Part shown: piece by piece, positions 18,398 to 28,134 of the stretch
Position numbering within the stretch: position 1 is the first letter of the stretch
How the letters are laid out: each line of letters starts with the position of its first letter
DNA from: an uncultured Alphaproteobacteria bacterium
Lineage (GTDB): Bacteria; Pseudomonadota; Alphaproteobacteria; Rhizobiales; Xanthobacteraceae
Reading direction: 5' to 3'
Length of the DNA stretch: 64,000 bases
NCBI GenBank assembly: GCA_963817135.1
Contig: CAWFNG010000008.1
Span: 99,095-163,094, forward strand
Translations under genes and position numbers: made by a program
The notes under the pieces: model-generated
What the model was told of the DNA's origin: nothing
What the model saw: only the letters and a program-made list of their open reading frames with translations
The model's database searches: none

Positions 18398-19822
18398 ATG
18401 CAGTCAGTAAAAGAAAACTCCAGGACGCGCCCGAGTCGTGACGCAAAGGCTGTGCAGGCTGTGCTCACGGCGCTTGCGGCCAGATTTGGCAATCGGCTGG
18501 TCACTGCCCGCGCCGTATGCGAGCAGCACGCCAACACCACCACATGGATTCCCAACGAGCCGCCCGATGGCGTGGTGTTTCCGCAATCCACAGACGACGT
18601 GCGTGACGTCGTGCGTGTCTGCGCGCAGCACCACGTACCGGTGATTCCGTTCGGCACCGGCACTTCGCTCGAAGGTCACGTAAATGCGCCCTACGGCGGG
18701 ATATCGATCGATTTCCGCGACATGAGCAACGTGCTCGCGGTGAATTCGAGCGATCTCGACTGCGTCATCGAGCCCGGCATCACCCGCAAACAGCTCAACG
18801 AGTATCTGCGCGACCAGGGCCTGTTCTTCCCGCTGGATCCGGGCGCCGATGCCTCGCTCGGCGGGATGGCAGCGACGCGTTGTTCCGGTACCAACGCGGT
18901 GCGCTACGGCACTATGAAGGATAATGTGCTGGCGCTTAAAGTCGTCTTGGCCGACGGCGAGCTGATGACGACAGGACAGCGCGCCAAAAAGTCGTCCGCC
19001 GGTTACGATCTCACCCGGCTTTTTGTCGGGTCGGAAGGCACGCTCGGTGTCATCACCGAACTTACGCTGAAGCTCGCCGGAATTCCGGAAGCAATTTCAG
19101 CCGGTGTATGCCAGTTTCCTTCGGTGGAAGCGGCCTGCGATGCAGCGATTGCGACCATTCAATCCGGCATTCCGATCGCTCGTGTTGAGCTTTTGGATGA
19201 GCTGCAGGTGAAGGCGACCAATCTCTATTCCAAGCTGTCGCTGCCGGAAGTGCCGATGCTTTTCGTGGAATTCCACGGCTCCCCTGCGGGCGTAGCCGAG
19301 CAGTCCGCATGCTTCGGCGAGATTGCCGGCGATTTCGGCGGTGGTTCGTTCGAATGGACGGTCAACCCCGAAGAGCGAACGCGGCTCTGGCAGGCCCGGC
19401 ACGATGCATATTGGGCAGGGCGAGCGCTGCGCCCCGGGACACAGGCGGTTGCGACCGATGTCTGCGTCCCGATCTCGCGGTTGTCGCAGTGTGTCGTCGA
19501 GACTCAACGCGATATTGCCGCCCACGGCCTGGTGGCGCCGATCCTCGGCCACGTCGGCGACGGCAATTTCCATCTGAGCTTGCTGGTCAACATGACCGAT
19601 GCGGAGGAGCTAAAGGCGGCACACGAATTATGCGACCGGCTGGTCGAGCGAGCGATTGCCATGCAGGGCACCTGCACGGGGGAGCACGGGGTGGGTCAGG
19701 GCAAGATGAAGCATTTGCAGCACGAATTGGGCATGCCTGCTCTTAAAGCCATGGCAGCTATCAAGCGGGCTTTGGATCCTGAAAACATAATGAATCCCGG
19801 CAAGATCGTTGTACTGGAATGA
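18398..19822 (+). CDS. FAD-linked oxidase, D-lactate dehydrogenase (cytochrome)/GlcD-like
   Basis: 474 aa. FAD_binding_4-like N-terminus (VIPFGTGTSLEGH), a C-terminus with CTGEHGVGQGK, and ending ..DPENIMNPGKI. Confidence 0.8.
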   Translation: MQSVKENSRTRPSRDAKAVQAVLTALAARFGNRLVTARAVCEQHANTTTWIPNEPPDGVVFPQSTDDVRDVVRVCAQHHVPVIPFGTGTSLEGHVNAPYGGISIDFRDMSNVLAVNSSDLDCVIEPGITRKQLNEYLRDQGLFFPLDPGADASLGGMAATRCSGTNAVRYGTMKDNVLALKVVLADGELMTTGQRAKKSSAGYDLTRLFVGSEGTLGVITELTLKLAGIPEAISAGVCQFPSVEAACDAAIATIQSGIPIARVELLDELQVKATNLYSKLSLPEVPMLFVEFHGSPAGVAEQSACFGEIAGDFGGGSFEWTVNPEERTRLWQARHDAYWAGRALRPGTQAVATDVCVPISRLSQCVVETQRDIAAHGLVAPILGHVGDGNFHLSLLVNMTDAEELKAAHELCDRLVERAIAMQGTCTGEHGVGQGKMKHLQHELGMPALKAMAAIKRALDPENIMNPGKIVVLE

Positions 19823-20109
19823 CGCTGTACGGCTACCCGCGCTATATTCGGCATACGTTAAGGCGGGAAAACCCATCCAATTTGCACGAAATTTCAGCTA
19901 AGCTATTGGGATTGGACATAGATTTGCCGCCGTTGAAGCCGACCTTCAAGCTCCTGTAAAAAGCGGGAAGAGCACGATAGGTCGCTCGCCGGAAGGCGCG
20001 GGCGGCTATTATTGCGCAGCGGGGATCGTGTTCAACTCGCTGGTATTCAGGTCTGTTCTGAGGCCCTCCGATCGATGAGGCGCTTCGCTCAGCCTGGTGT
20101 GGAGGCGGC

Positions 20110-23100
20110 GTGCAGACGACGCTGCTCGGTTTTGCCATTGCGATCATTCTGGCGCTGGTAACGGCGCTGGTAGGGCCGCTTTTTGTCGACTGGACGCGCT
20201 ACCGCGCGGAGTTCGAGGCGCGCGCGACCAGGCTGACGGGGCTCGAGTTTCGCATCACCGGATCGGTCGACGCGCGGGTGTTACCGACGCCTACCATCGT
20301 GATGCACGGCATCGAATTTGGCCGACCCGACGACATTGGAAAAGTGCGGGCACGATCCCTGCGCATTGAATTTGCGCTCGGTGCATTGGCCCGCGGCGAA
20401 TGGCGGATCGCCAATGCCCGTCTGGACGGACCTGAATTGGCAGCAGGATTGGACAGCAACGGTCGCCTGGACTGGCCCGTCCCAAAGATCGGCTTCGATC
20501 CCGAAGGCGTCTCGATCGAGCGGCTTACGATCAGGGATGGCCGCGCGCTCCTGGCCGACAGCGCGAGCGGCGCGCGTCTCATGTTCGAGAAAGTCGAATT
20601 CAGGGGCGAGATTCGCTCGCTTACCGGCCCGGCGAGGGGCGAGGGCTCCTTCGTTATCGCAGGCCAGCATTATCCATACCGGCTGGCGACCAGCCGGATC
20701 GGCGAAGACGCCACCGTCAAGGTGCGGCTCACGGTCGATCCGATCGATCGTCCGGTAACCGCGGAAGCCGACCTCTCAATCGGGTTCGAGCAGGGGGCGC
20801 CGCGATACGAAGGCACTATTCAATTGGCGCGCGCAGTCGGACGCGCTCCGGCGGGTGCGCAGGCGCTGATCATCGAGCCATGGCGCACCACCAGCCGGAT
20901 AAAAGGCGACAGCACAGGTGCAGTCCTGGAGCAAATCGAGTTCCAATACGGTCCGGACGATCGGGCCATAAAACTGCAAGGCAACGCCCAACTGAAATTT
21001 GGGCAGCAGCCGCACGCCAATGTGGTGTTGACATCCCCGCAAATCGATCTCGAACGCATGCTGGCAGCTCCCGGCACGCCGCGCCGGCAGCCGATCGCCG
21101 CGCTCAAGACATGGTTGGAGGGTTTCAGCGCCATCCCGCAATTGCCGCTGCCTATAACCTTGAGCATCGGTGTCGAGTCGTTAGCGCTCGGCGGAGCAAT
21201 GCTGCAACGGCTCGGCGCCGATATCGCGATCGACTCCCAGGAAGCGCAGGTCCGCCTGCTCGAATTCCGGGCGCCGGGGCTTACTCAGGTGCGGTTGAGC
21301 GGGCGGGTTTCCAATGCTGCGCGTTTCGAGGGCTCCACCAAGATCGAATCAAACGATCCGCGCGTACTCCTGGGCTGGCTTACCGATCGCAGCGATGTTC
21401 AGGCCGCCGCTTCGGGCCCGCTGCGCCTTGCCGGCGATGTTCGGCTATCCACTGACATGATCTCGATCGATCGCTTGAACTTCGATTTCGATCGGATGAC
21501 GGTCGCCGGACGAGTGGCCTATTTTTGGTCCAACCAGGATCGCCCGGCGCGGTTGGATGCAGAGCTGGCGTCGCCCGAGATCGACCTTGACCGCATGCAC
21601 ACTCTCGGTGCGGCAATACTTGGCGGCATCAGCTTTGAGTTGCCGCGCGAGGGCGCGCTGTCCCTCAAGATCGGCCGCGCCTCGATTTTCGGCGTTCAAG
21701 CCAAACAGGTCGATGTGAATACGCGCATCGACAATAACGGGCTTGAGATCGACCGCCTCATTATTGCTGATTTCGGCGGCGCGGCAGCTGCCATCAAAGG
21801 CCGCATCGATACCAAGTCGCAATCGCCGCGCGGCACGGTTACGCTCAATCTGGATGCCCGCACTCTCGACGGCCTGCTGGCAGTGCTCGACAAGCTCGCG
21901 CCGCAACCAGCGGAGCAGCTGCGGCGCTCCGCTGAGCGCCTCGCGCCGGTGGCATTGCGGGCTTCGCTCACAATGGACCCAGCCTCCGGCGACGCGCTTG
22001 CGAGCGCCAGATTCAACATCGAGGGCCGCGCCGGCAAATTTTCTCGCATTTCCCTGCTCGGCGATGCGAGCACATCGAGCGCTGCTTTCAAGGCTGACAA
22101 GATCGCCGCGCTCGGCGCCGCTAAAGTGAACATTGCCGCGCATCTCGAATCCGACGAAGGCGAGCCTCTCATCGAGTTTCTGCGGCTCGATAAGCTGTTT
22201 GCGGTTGACCGGCGCTCGGCCCGTCTGAACCTCTCGGCGAAAGGAAACCTGGATGGAGCGCTTGCCGTCGATGGGCAGCTCGCCGCCGGCGCGCTCGCCA
22301 TTTCAGCTAACGGAAAACTGCACGTCGCCAAAGAGCCAACGGCGGAATTCGATCTCACGATAAACAATGCGACTATTCGTTCGCCGCGTCCCGTTGCAGC
22401 GGGACTGCCGCCCGAGACTTTTCCGGCATCCGGGACTGCCCGGCTTGCCTGGGCGCAGAACACGCTGCAGTTGGCTCAAATAAAAGGAATACTGGCGGGC
22501 AGTTCGGTTGCCGGCGGCCTTACCCTCAATATCGGGCAAACGACCAGCGTGAATGGCAGCATCGAAGCGAGCGCGGTTGATCTGCCGGGTGCAATTGCCG
22601 CTCTCATCGGAGTACCCGCCCGCGCGGTGCCCGGCGGCGCGGGCAGAGTTTTCGACTGGCCCTCTGAGCCGTTCGAGCGCTTTCTCGGTCCCTTGAATGG
22701 TCAGATTGCGCTGAAGTCAGCGCGCGTCACGCTCGCGCCGCAGCTTGCGGCGCGCGACTTCCAGGGAAGCATCAGTTTCGCCGACTCGCGCCTCGCCCTG
22801 CAGGTCGCTGAGGCCATTCTTGCCGGTGGTCGTGCTTCAGGTGAGCTTTCTTTCCTGCGCCAGCCGGATGGTGTCCTTGCGCGCGGCCGTCTGAATGTGG
22901 TGGGCGCCAATGCGGCGGAACTCCTTCCCGGCGATGGGGTCGTTTCCGGACGGCTCAGCTTTGTCCTGGCAGCAGAAGGCGCCGGAATGAGTCCGGTGGC
23001 ACTCGTCGGCTCGCTATCCGGCAGCGGAAGCTTCACCCTGGAGAACGGGGGAATAGCCCGACTTGATCCGCGGGCCTTTCAAGCTGTGATGCGCGCAGTC

Positions 23101-23742
23101 GATCAAGGGCTGCCGATCGATGCCAATCGCGTGAAAGATAAAATGGAGATCGCGCTGGCCGCCGGCTTGTTTGCCGTTCAGCGCGCGGATGGCAGCATCG
23201 CCCTCGATTCCGGCCAAGCGCGCACCACTATTTCCATGACCGAGACGAAAGGCGCCGAACTCGTCGTAAGTGGAAATATAAATCTGGAAGACGGCGCGCT
23301 TGACGGCCAACTTCTCTTGTTCGGACCAGCCGCAGCAGGCGGGCCGGGAAACACTCGCCCCGAGATTACCATTCTGCTCAAGGGACCGTTCGATGCCCCC
23401 ACAAGAACAATGGATGTTGCCGCCCTGGCAAATTGGCTTGCTCTGCGTTCCGTCGAGCAGCAGTCAAAGAAAATTGACATGCTTGAGGGCCGCGAGCCTT
23501 CGACCATCTCTCTGGCGCCGCCTGAGCAGCCGCCTGAGGAAAACCGCGTAATCCCGAGCACGCCCGGCGCTGCCGCAACCACGACCCCGACTGCGCCACA
23601 AGCGGTCCAGCAGCCATCCACGGCTCGAAACCGGCCCGTCGCGCAAAAGCCCAAACCGAAACGGCAGGTTCAGACGCTACCGCCGCCGGTCGACCTCAGA
23701 CCTGCTCCGTGGCTGCCACCATGGTTATTCGGGGTGCACTGA
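20110..23742 (+). CDS. AsmA-family envelope protein (1210 aa)
   Basis: GTG start with GGAGG upstream. N-terminal TM anchor (LLGFAIAIILALVTALVGPLFVDW), a long beta-rich body, and a Pro-rich tail. Confidence 0.7.
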   Translation: MQTTLLGFAIAIILALVTALVGPLFVDWTRYRAEFEARATRLTGLEFRITGSVDARVLPTPTIVMHGIEFGRPDDIGKVRARSLRIEFALGALARGEWRIANARLDGPELAAGLDSNGRLDWPVPKIGFDPEGVSIERLTIRDGRALLADSASGARLMFEKVEFRGEIRSLTGPARGEGSFVIAGQHYPYRLATSRIGEDATVKVRLTVDPIDRPVTAEADLSIGFEQGAPRYEGTIQLARAVGRAPAGAQALIIEPWRTTSRIKGDSTGAVLEQIEFQYGPDDRAIKLQGNAQLKFGQQPHANVVLTSPQIDLERMLAAPGTPRRQPIAALKTWLEGFSAIPQLPLPITLSIGVESLALGGAMLQRLGADIAIDSQEAQVRLLEFRAPGLTQVRLSGRVSNAARFEGSTKIESNDPRVLLGWLTDRSDVQAAASGPLRLAGDVRLSTDMISIDRLNFDFDRMTVAGRVAYFWSNQDRPARLDAELASPEIDLDRMHTLGAAILGGISFELPREGALSLKIGRASIFGVQAKQVDVNTRIDNNGLEIDRLIIADFGGAAAAIKGRIDTKSQSPRGTVTLNLDARTLDGLLAVLDKLAPQPAEQLRRSAERLAPVALRASLTMDPASGDALASARFNIEGRAGKFSRISLLGDASTSSAAFKADKIAALGAAKVNIAAHLESDEGEPLIEFLRLDKLFAVDRRSARLNLSAKGNLDGALAVDGQLAAGALAISANGKLHVAKEPTAEFDLTINNATIRSPRPVAAGLPPETFPASGTARLAWAQNTLQLAQIKGILAGSSVAGGLTLNIGQTTSVNGSIEASAVDLPGAIAALIGVPARAVPGGAGRVFDWPSEPFERFLGPLNGQIALKSARVTLAPQLAARDFQGSISFADSRLALQVAEAILAGGRASGELSFLRQPDGVLARGRLNVVGANAAELLPGDGVVSGRLSFVLAAEGAGMSPVALVGSLSGSGSFTLENGGIARLDPRAFQAVMRAVDQGLPIDANRVKDKMEIALAAGLFAVQRADGSIALDSGQARTTISMTETKGAELVVSGNINLEDGALDGQLLLFGPAAAGGPGNTRPEITILLKGPFDAPTRTMDVAALANWLALRSVEQQSKKIDMLEGREPSTISLAPPEQPPEENRVIPSTPGAAATTTPTAPQAVQQPSTARNRPVAQKPKPKRQVQTLPPPVDLRPAPWLPPWLFGVH

Positions 23743-23757
23743 TCCCGAATAAAGCCC

Positions 23758-24048
23758 CTAAGCGGGGGCAGGCCGGTTGGTGATTGAATTGCGCGGTCCG
23801 TCGTGCTCGTCGCTCTCGCGCGAGTTCCGCTTCTGATAAAAATCGAGCACGAAAAGGCGAATAGCCGACGACAGGTTGCCGTGCTGTCGTTCCGAATCGA
23901 TCGTGGCAACCATCTCGGACAGGGTCATATCGCGTCCGGCTGCGATCTCCTTGAGCGCCTTCCAGAACGCGTCCTCGAGGCTGACGCTGGTCTTGTGCCC
24001 GGCGATCACTATCGAACGTTTGACGACGGGTGATTTCATTCCATCCAT
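23758..24048 (-). CDS. ribbon-helix-helix (RHH_4-type) domain protein
   Basis: ..KRSIVIAGHKTSVSLEDAFWKALKEIAAGRDMTLSEMVATIDSERQHGNLSSAIRLFVLDFY matches the RHH_4 pattern. Confidence 0.65.
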   Translation of the reverse strand: MDGMKSPVVKRSIVIAGHKTSVSLEDAFWKALKEIAAGRDMTLSEMVATIDSERQHGNLSSAIRLFVLDFYQKRNSRESDEHDGPRNSITNRPAPA

Positions 24049-24066
24049 TCGTCCCTCGACGAAACC

Positions 24067-24226
24067 CTAGTGCGGTGAATTTGAAGTTCCCTCATGACCG
24101 GCCGCAAGCTCGTTTAGGAACTTCAAAACCGCACTAGAAATCATAGAGTTGCTAGTGGTCCTTAATTCCGAAGTTCGCATCTGAACGTGCCGCGAGTGGT
24201 GGCGAACTTCGGAATCGGACCACTAG
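24067..24226. repeat. mosaic palindromic element, copy A (modules 1+2)
   Basis: CTAGTGCGGTGAATTTGAAGTTCC..GGAACTTCAAAACCGCACTAG (24067-24137), then CTAGTGGTCC..CCGAAGTTCGC..GCGAACTTCGGAATCGGACCACTAG (24152-24226). Near-identical to the copies at 25062 and 35705. Confidence 0.85.
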
Positions 24227-24379
24227 GGCACGCGACAGTTATGGCTTCGGAGCCAAATGTGCCGACAGCGTGGCAGCCCGGCTATGGGCTGCACCGCCGT
24301 GCTCACGATGCGGTTATTGCATTAACGAAATTCTGCACGCGTAACCGAACGCGTCATTTAAGTTCAGGCGCGCCGCTGC

Positions 24380-24943
24380 TTATTTCTTGCGGAAACGGTC
24401 AAGCCGCACAACCTCGCCACTGCCCGCGGGCGTGGCACCATCTCGCTTGGGCGACGGTTCGGCATTGGCTGGCGTCGGTACCGCGGCAAGCGAAGACGAA
24501 CTGCGCGGCTTGTGTTCTGCCGGCGGTCGCGGCAGTCCCTGTTGCTGGTTGGACACCGCCCCGTCATCCTGATCCTGTACAGATTCGAGCATCTCCTCGA
24601 ATTGCAAACCGAATTGAACCGAGGGATCGAAGAATCCCTTGATTGCAGCGAACGGAATCACCAACCGCTCGGGGATGCCGCCAAACGACAGGCCGACTTC
24701 AAAGGCATCGTCGCTCACCGTCAGATCCCAGAACTGATGTTGCAGGACCACGGTCATCTCCTGGGGATATTGCGCCAGCATGCGCGGCGACAGCCGCACG
24801 CCCTCGCAGAGGGTATTGAAGGAGATGTAGAAATGATGCTCTCCCGGCAGCCCGTTCTTGGCGGTGTCCGCAAGGATGGTGCGCACCACGCCGCGCAACG
24901 CTTCCTGGGCGAGGATATCGTAACGAATGTGATCGACGGGCAT
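24380..24943 (-). CDS. sspB: ClpXP adaptor SspB (alphaproteobacterial type)
   Basis: ..RYDILAQEALRGVVRTILADTAKNGLPGEHHFYISF..VLQHQFWDL.V.DD.FEVGLSF.. plus a basic C-terminal ClpX-binding tail ..VVRLDRFRKK. Confidence 0.8.
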   Translation of the reverse strand: MPVDHIRYDILAQEALRGVVRTILADTAKNGLPGEHHFYISFNTLCEGVRLSPRMLAQYPQEMTVVLQHQFWDLTVSDDAFEVGLSFGGIPERLVIPFAAIKGFFDPSVQFGLQFEEMLESVQDQDDGAVSNQQQGLPRPPAEHKPRSSSSLAAVPTPANAEPSPKRDGATPAGSGEVVRLDRFRKK

Positions 24944-25061
24944 GCGCGAATTCCGTTTAAAAATGGGATGTCATCCCGCTCTGGCCTGTAACCCACTGCT
25001 GAGCCAATCGCCCGACGAGACTCAGCAGCCGAATGCTAGCGCGCGTCACCGCCGCCCGCCA

Positions 25062-25229
25062 CTAGTGCGGTGAATTTGAAGTTCCTATCATAACTGGCCG
25101 CAAGCTCGTTTAGGAACTTCAAATTCAAAACCGCACTAGAAATCATAGAGTTGCTAGTGGTCCTTAGATTCCGAAGTTCGCATCTGAACGTGCCGCGAGT
25201 GGTGGCGAACTTCGGAATCGGACCACTAG
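25062..25229. repeat. mosaic palindromic element, copy B (modules 1+2)
   Basis: Same two CTAG-bounded hairpin modules as copy A, placed between the ssrA 3' end and sspB. Confidence 0.85.
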
Positions 25230-25239
25230 GCAGCTTTGC

Positions 25240-25635
25240 TCCATTATAGATATGGAAGTGGAGGCTTCTGTTGCCAGGTGCCTCCGAACCCCGCCTGAAG
25301 CTGCTAAGACCTCAGGACTTTATTTCGGTTTTCCGAACCGCATTACGCGGCCAGGGCCACCGGAGCATAGTTGTCGTTGGCAACTATGAGTTTGGCCCGA
25401 TATCGGTGGTACCATGCCGAGCAAAAGCACGCCCTTTACGCCCTCGTCGATCCTATTTCGCCCCCGTATCAGGATTCAGGCGACAGTAATCAGTAATCAG
25501 TAGGCCTGATCTGATTACTGATTTCTGGCTTCCTGACTCCTGACTGGTGGAGGCGCCGGGTACTGCCCCCGGGTCCGAAAGGTTTATTCCGACGGCCATT
25601 TATTGCCATAGCCGGCATATGCCGGCTCCTCTAAT
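25240..25635 (-). ncRNA. ssrA: tmRNA (ssrA), circularly permuted two-piece type
   Basis: On the minus strand the acceptor piece ends ..CCGGGGGCAGUACCCGGCGCCUCCACCA (CCA = complement 25545-25547). The coding piece starts GGGGGCGAAAUAGGAUCGACG at 25465. Its acceptor pairing includes G3-U70. Tag ORF GCC AAC GAC AAC TAT GCT CCG GTG GCC CTG GCC GCG TAA (complement 25343-25381) gives ANDNYAPVALAA. The outer ends are approximate. Confidence 0.85.
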
Positions 25636-25964
25636 ATAGCCCGACACGCGCAGCAAAAAAAGACTGCCGGCGCCGTCGCCGCGGTGCCCGGGCCCGCGGA
25701 TTCGTTCCGCGCAGAACGGCGCTGGCCATCGCGCCAGCCGGTGCTCAAATTAATGGCACGCGCTCCGAACGTTCGCGCTTTGCCGTAGCCGAAACGAAAT
25801 CCCTGTGCATATTTGTCGCAGTTGCATTAAGGCGCCCGCGCCTTACGGGAACCTTAACGCGTCGTACTTGCTTCCCGCCGCCTATGGGAATGTGGTACGG
25901 ATTACAGGCGTGCAGAACCGAGCGCTAGGATCGGCGCACAGCCTGCGGCTTTGCAGGAGGGAAC

Positions 25965-26582
25965 ATGTCTCAGGGCGTTACGCCGTCCCCCAAGGGGACG
26001 CGCTGGGCATTGCAGATTAATACCCACAACCTGATTGGGGGAGTGATCGTCGCAGCGATTGCGCTCGTTCTGTTTGGCTACGCTCTTTACGTCTCGAACA
26101 CGACGGTACCGCGATTTATCTGCGGGCTTATCGTCTTGCTGGGCCTTGCCGTCGCAGCGGGCCTTGTGCCGGTACCGGGACCGCGTGATTTCTATGGTGG
26201 CGTCGCGCTTATGCTGCTGGCGAGTTTGGCGCTGATTGCTTCCGCGGAATTCCCAGGCCAGCGCGGGTTTGCCTTCGGTCCGGGAACTGCTCCGCGAATG
26301 TTCTCGATGGTGCTGGCGGCTCTCGGTGCTGCTGTTGCGGTCGGCGGCGTGTTTGCCGAGGGGCCGCCGATTGAAAAATACAAGATTCGCGGGCCTGCCT
26401 TGGTCCTCATCGCGATCTTCGCGTTTGCCGCCATGATTCGTCCCTTGGGGCTGGTCCCAGCGACTTTTCTCGCTTTCCTGATTTCGATCATGGGATCCTC
26501 GGAAATGCGCTGGATCGAAAGCTTGATTGCAGCTGCATTGGTGACCTTCGTTCTGCGTGCTGCTGTTTGTCTACCTGCTTAA
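25965..26582 (+). CDS. tctB: tripartite tricarboxylate transporter small membrane subunit TctB
   Basis: Four-TM small protein directly upstream of tctA. The 3' end may be frameshifted, with a better-looking terminus ending at 26613 in another frame. Confidence 0.65.
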   Translation: MSQGVTPSPKGTRWALQINTHNLIGGVIVAAIALVLFGYALYVSNTTVPRFICGLIVLLGLAVAAGLVPVPGPRDFYGGVALMLLASLALIASAEFPGQRGFAFGPGTAPRMFSMVLAALGAAVAVGGVFAEGPPIEKYKIRGPALVLIAIFAFAAMIRPLGLVPATFLAFLISIMGSSEMRWIESLIAAALVTFVLRAAVCLPA

Positions 26583-26628
26583 CCTGCCGTTCCAAATGTG
26601 GCCGCGATTTTAGTTCGGGTGGGAAGTC

Positions 26629-28134
26629 ATGTCGGAACTGCTTGCAAATCTGTGGATGGGCTTTCACGTCGCCGCCAATCCCTACAACGTGCTGTTCTGC
26701 TTGCTCGGCGCGCTGGTCGGAACGCTGGTCGGGGTGCTTCCCGGCATTGGAACGGTCGCGACGATTGCAATGCTCTTGCCGATCACCTTCGGCCTGCCGC
26801 CGGTTGGCGCCTTGATCATGCTGGCGGGCATCTATTACGGCGCCCAATACGGCGGTTCCACCACCTCGATTCTGGTCAACATTCCGGGTGAAGCGACATC
26901 TGTCGTCACCTGCCTCGATGGCCATCAGATGGCACGCCAGGGCCGTGCCGGCCCTGCGCTCTCCATCGCAGCGATCGGCTCGTTCTTCGCCGGGTGCGTT
27001 GCCACCGTCCTGGTCGCCGCCCTGGGCGCTCCGCTCACCAGCCTCGCGCTGTTGTTCGGTCCGGCCGAATATTTCTCGCTCATGGTGCTGGGTCTCATTT
27101 TTGCGGTCGTGCTGGCAAAGGGCTCGGTCCTCAAGGCTATCGCCATGGTTCTGACCGGGCTGTTGTTGTCCATGGTCGGCTCCGACCTCGAGACCGGTGC
27201 CGGGCGCATGACATTCGACTTCGCCGAATTGGCGGACGGCATTGGCTTCACCAACATCGCCATGGGCGTGTTTGGATTTGCCGAAATCATTCGTAACCTG
27301 GAACTGCCGGCGGAGAGCCGCGATATCGTCAGCGCCAAGGTGACCGGGCTGATGCCGAAGCGTCAGGACCTGATCGACTCGTCCGGTGCGATTGCCCGCG
27401 GTACCCTGTTGGGTTCGATCCTCGGCATTCTACCGGGAGGCGGCGCCGTGATTGCCTCGTTCGCCGCCTATACCTTCGAGAAAAGAATTGCCAAAGATCC
27501 TTCGCGCTTCGGGCGCGGGGCGATTCAGGGCGTTGCCGCGCCGGAGAGCGCCAACAACGCTGCCGCCCAGACGTCGTTCATTCCTCTCCTCACCCTGGGC
27601 ATTCCACCCAATGCGGTCATGGCGCTGATGGTGGGAGCCATGACCATTCATGGCATCGTGCCGGGTCCGCAGGTCATGACCAAACAGCCGGAATTGTTCT
27701 GGGGCATGATCGCATCGATGTGGATCGGCAACCTCATGCTGATCGTCATCAATCTGCCTCTGGTCGGCGTGTGGGTGTCGCTGCTGCGCGTTCCCTATCG
27801 GCTGCTGTATCCCTCGATCATCGTTTTCTGCTGCATTGGCGTTTACTCGATCAACAACTCGCCAACCGATGTCAGTATTGCAGCCCTGTTCGGCATTATC
27901 GGGTTCTGGCTGATCAAGCATGATTTCGAAGGAGCGCCCATGCTGCTCGGTTTCGTGCTCGGACCCCTGATGGAGGAAAATTTGCGACGGGCCATGCTGA
28001 TCGCGCGTGGCGATGCGACGGTGTTTTTCACCCGGCCGATTTCAGCCGTTCTGCTGACCACGGCGATGATCCTGCTCATCATAGCAGCAATGCCGAAAAT
28101 CCGTCGCCGTCGCGACGAAGTATTCGTGGAATAA
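26629..28134 (+). CDS. tctA: tripartite tricarboxylate transporter permease TctA
   Basis: 501 aa polytopic protein starting MSELLANLWMGFHVAANPYNVLFCLLGALVGTLVGVLPGIG, the typical TctA N-terminus. Confidence 0.9.
   Translation: MSELLANLWMGFHVAANPYNVLFCLLGALVGTLVGVLPGIGTVATIAMLLPITFGLPPVGALIMLAGIYYGAQYGGSTTSILVNIPGEATSVVTCLDGHQMARQGRAGPALSIAAIGSFFAGCVATVLVAALGAPLTSLALLFGPAEYFSLMVLGLIFAVVLAKGSVLKAIAMVLTGLLLSMVGSDLETGAGRMTFDFAELADGIGFTNIAMGVFGFAEIIRNLELPAESRDIVSAKVTGLMPKRQDLIDSSGAIARGTLLGSILGILPGGGAVIASFAAYTFEKRIAKDPSRFGRGAIQGVAAPESANNAAAQTSFIPLLTLGIPPNAVMALMVGAMTIHGIVPGPQVMTKQPELFWGMIASMWIGNLMLIVINLPLVGVWVSLLRVPYRLLYPSIIVFCCIGVYSINNSPTDVSIAALFGIIGFWLIKHDFEGAPMLLGFVLGPLMEENLRRAMLIARGDATVFFTRPISAVLLTTAMILLIIAAMPKIRRRRDEVFVE

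Noticed and set aside
25075-25125. The module-1 arms GAAGTTCCTA..TAGGAACTTC are identical to the inverted arms of the yeast FRT (Flp) site.
   Set aside because: The arms are separated by about 25 nt rather than the 8-nt FRT spacer. They occur in several diverged natural copies embedded in longer palindromes. No Flp-like recombinase or vector sequence is nearby. I treat this as coincidence rather than an engineering scar.
25240-25635. Genomic island integrated at ssrA.
   Set aside because: No integrase gene, no duplicated ssrA 3' segment and no compositional shift is visible next to the tmRNA gene. The flanking genes (sspB, tctBA) are ordinary chromosome.
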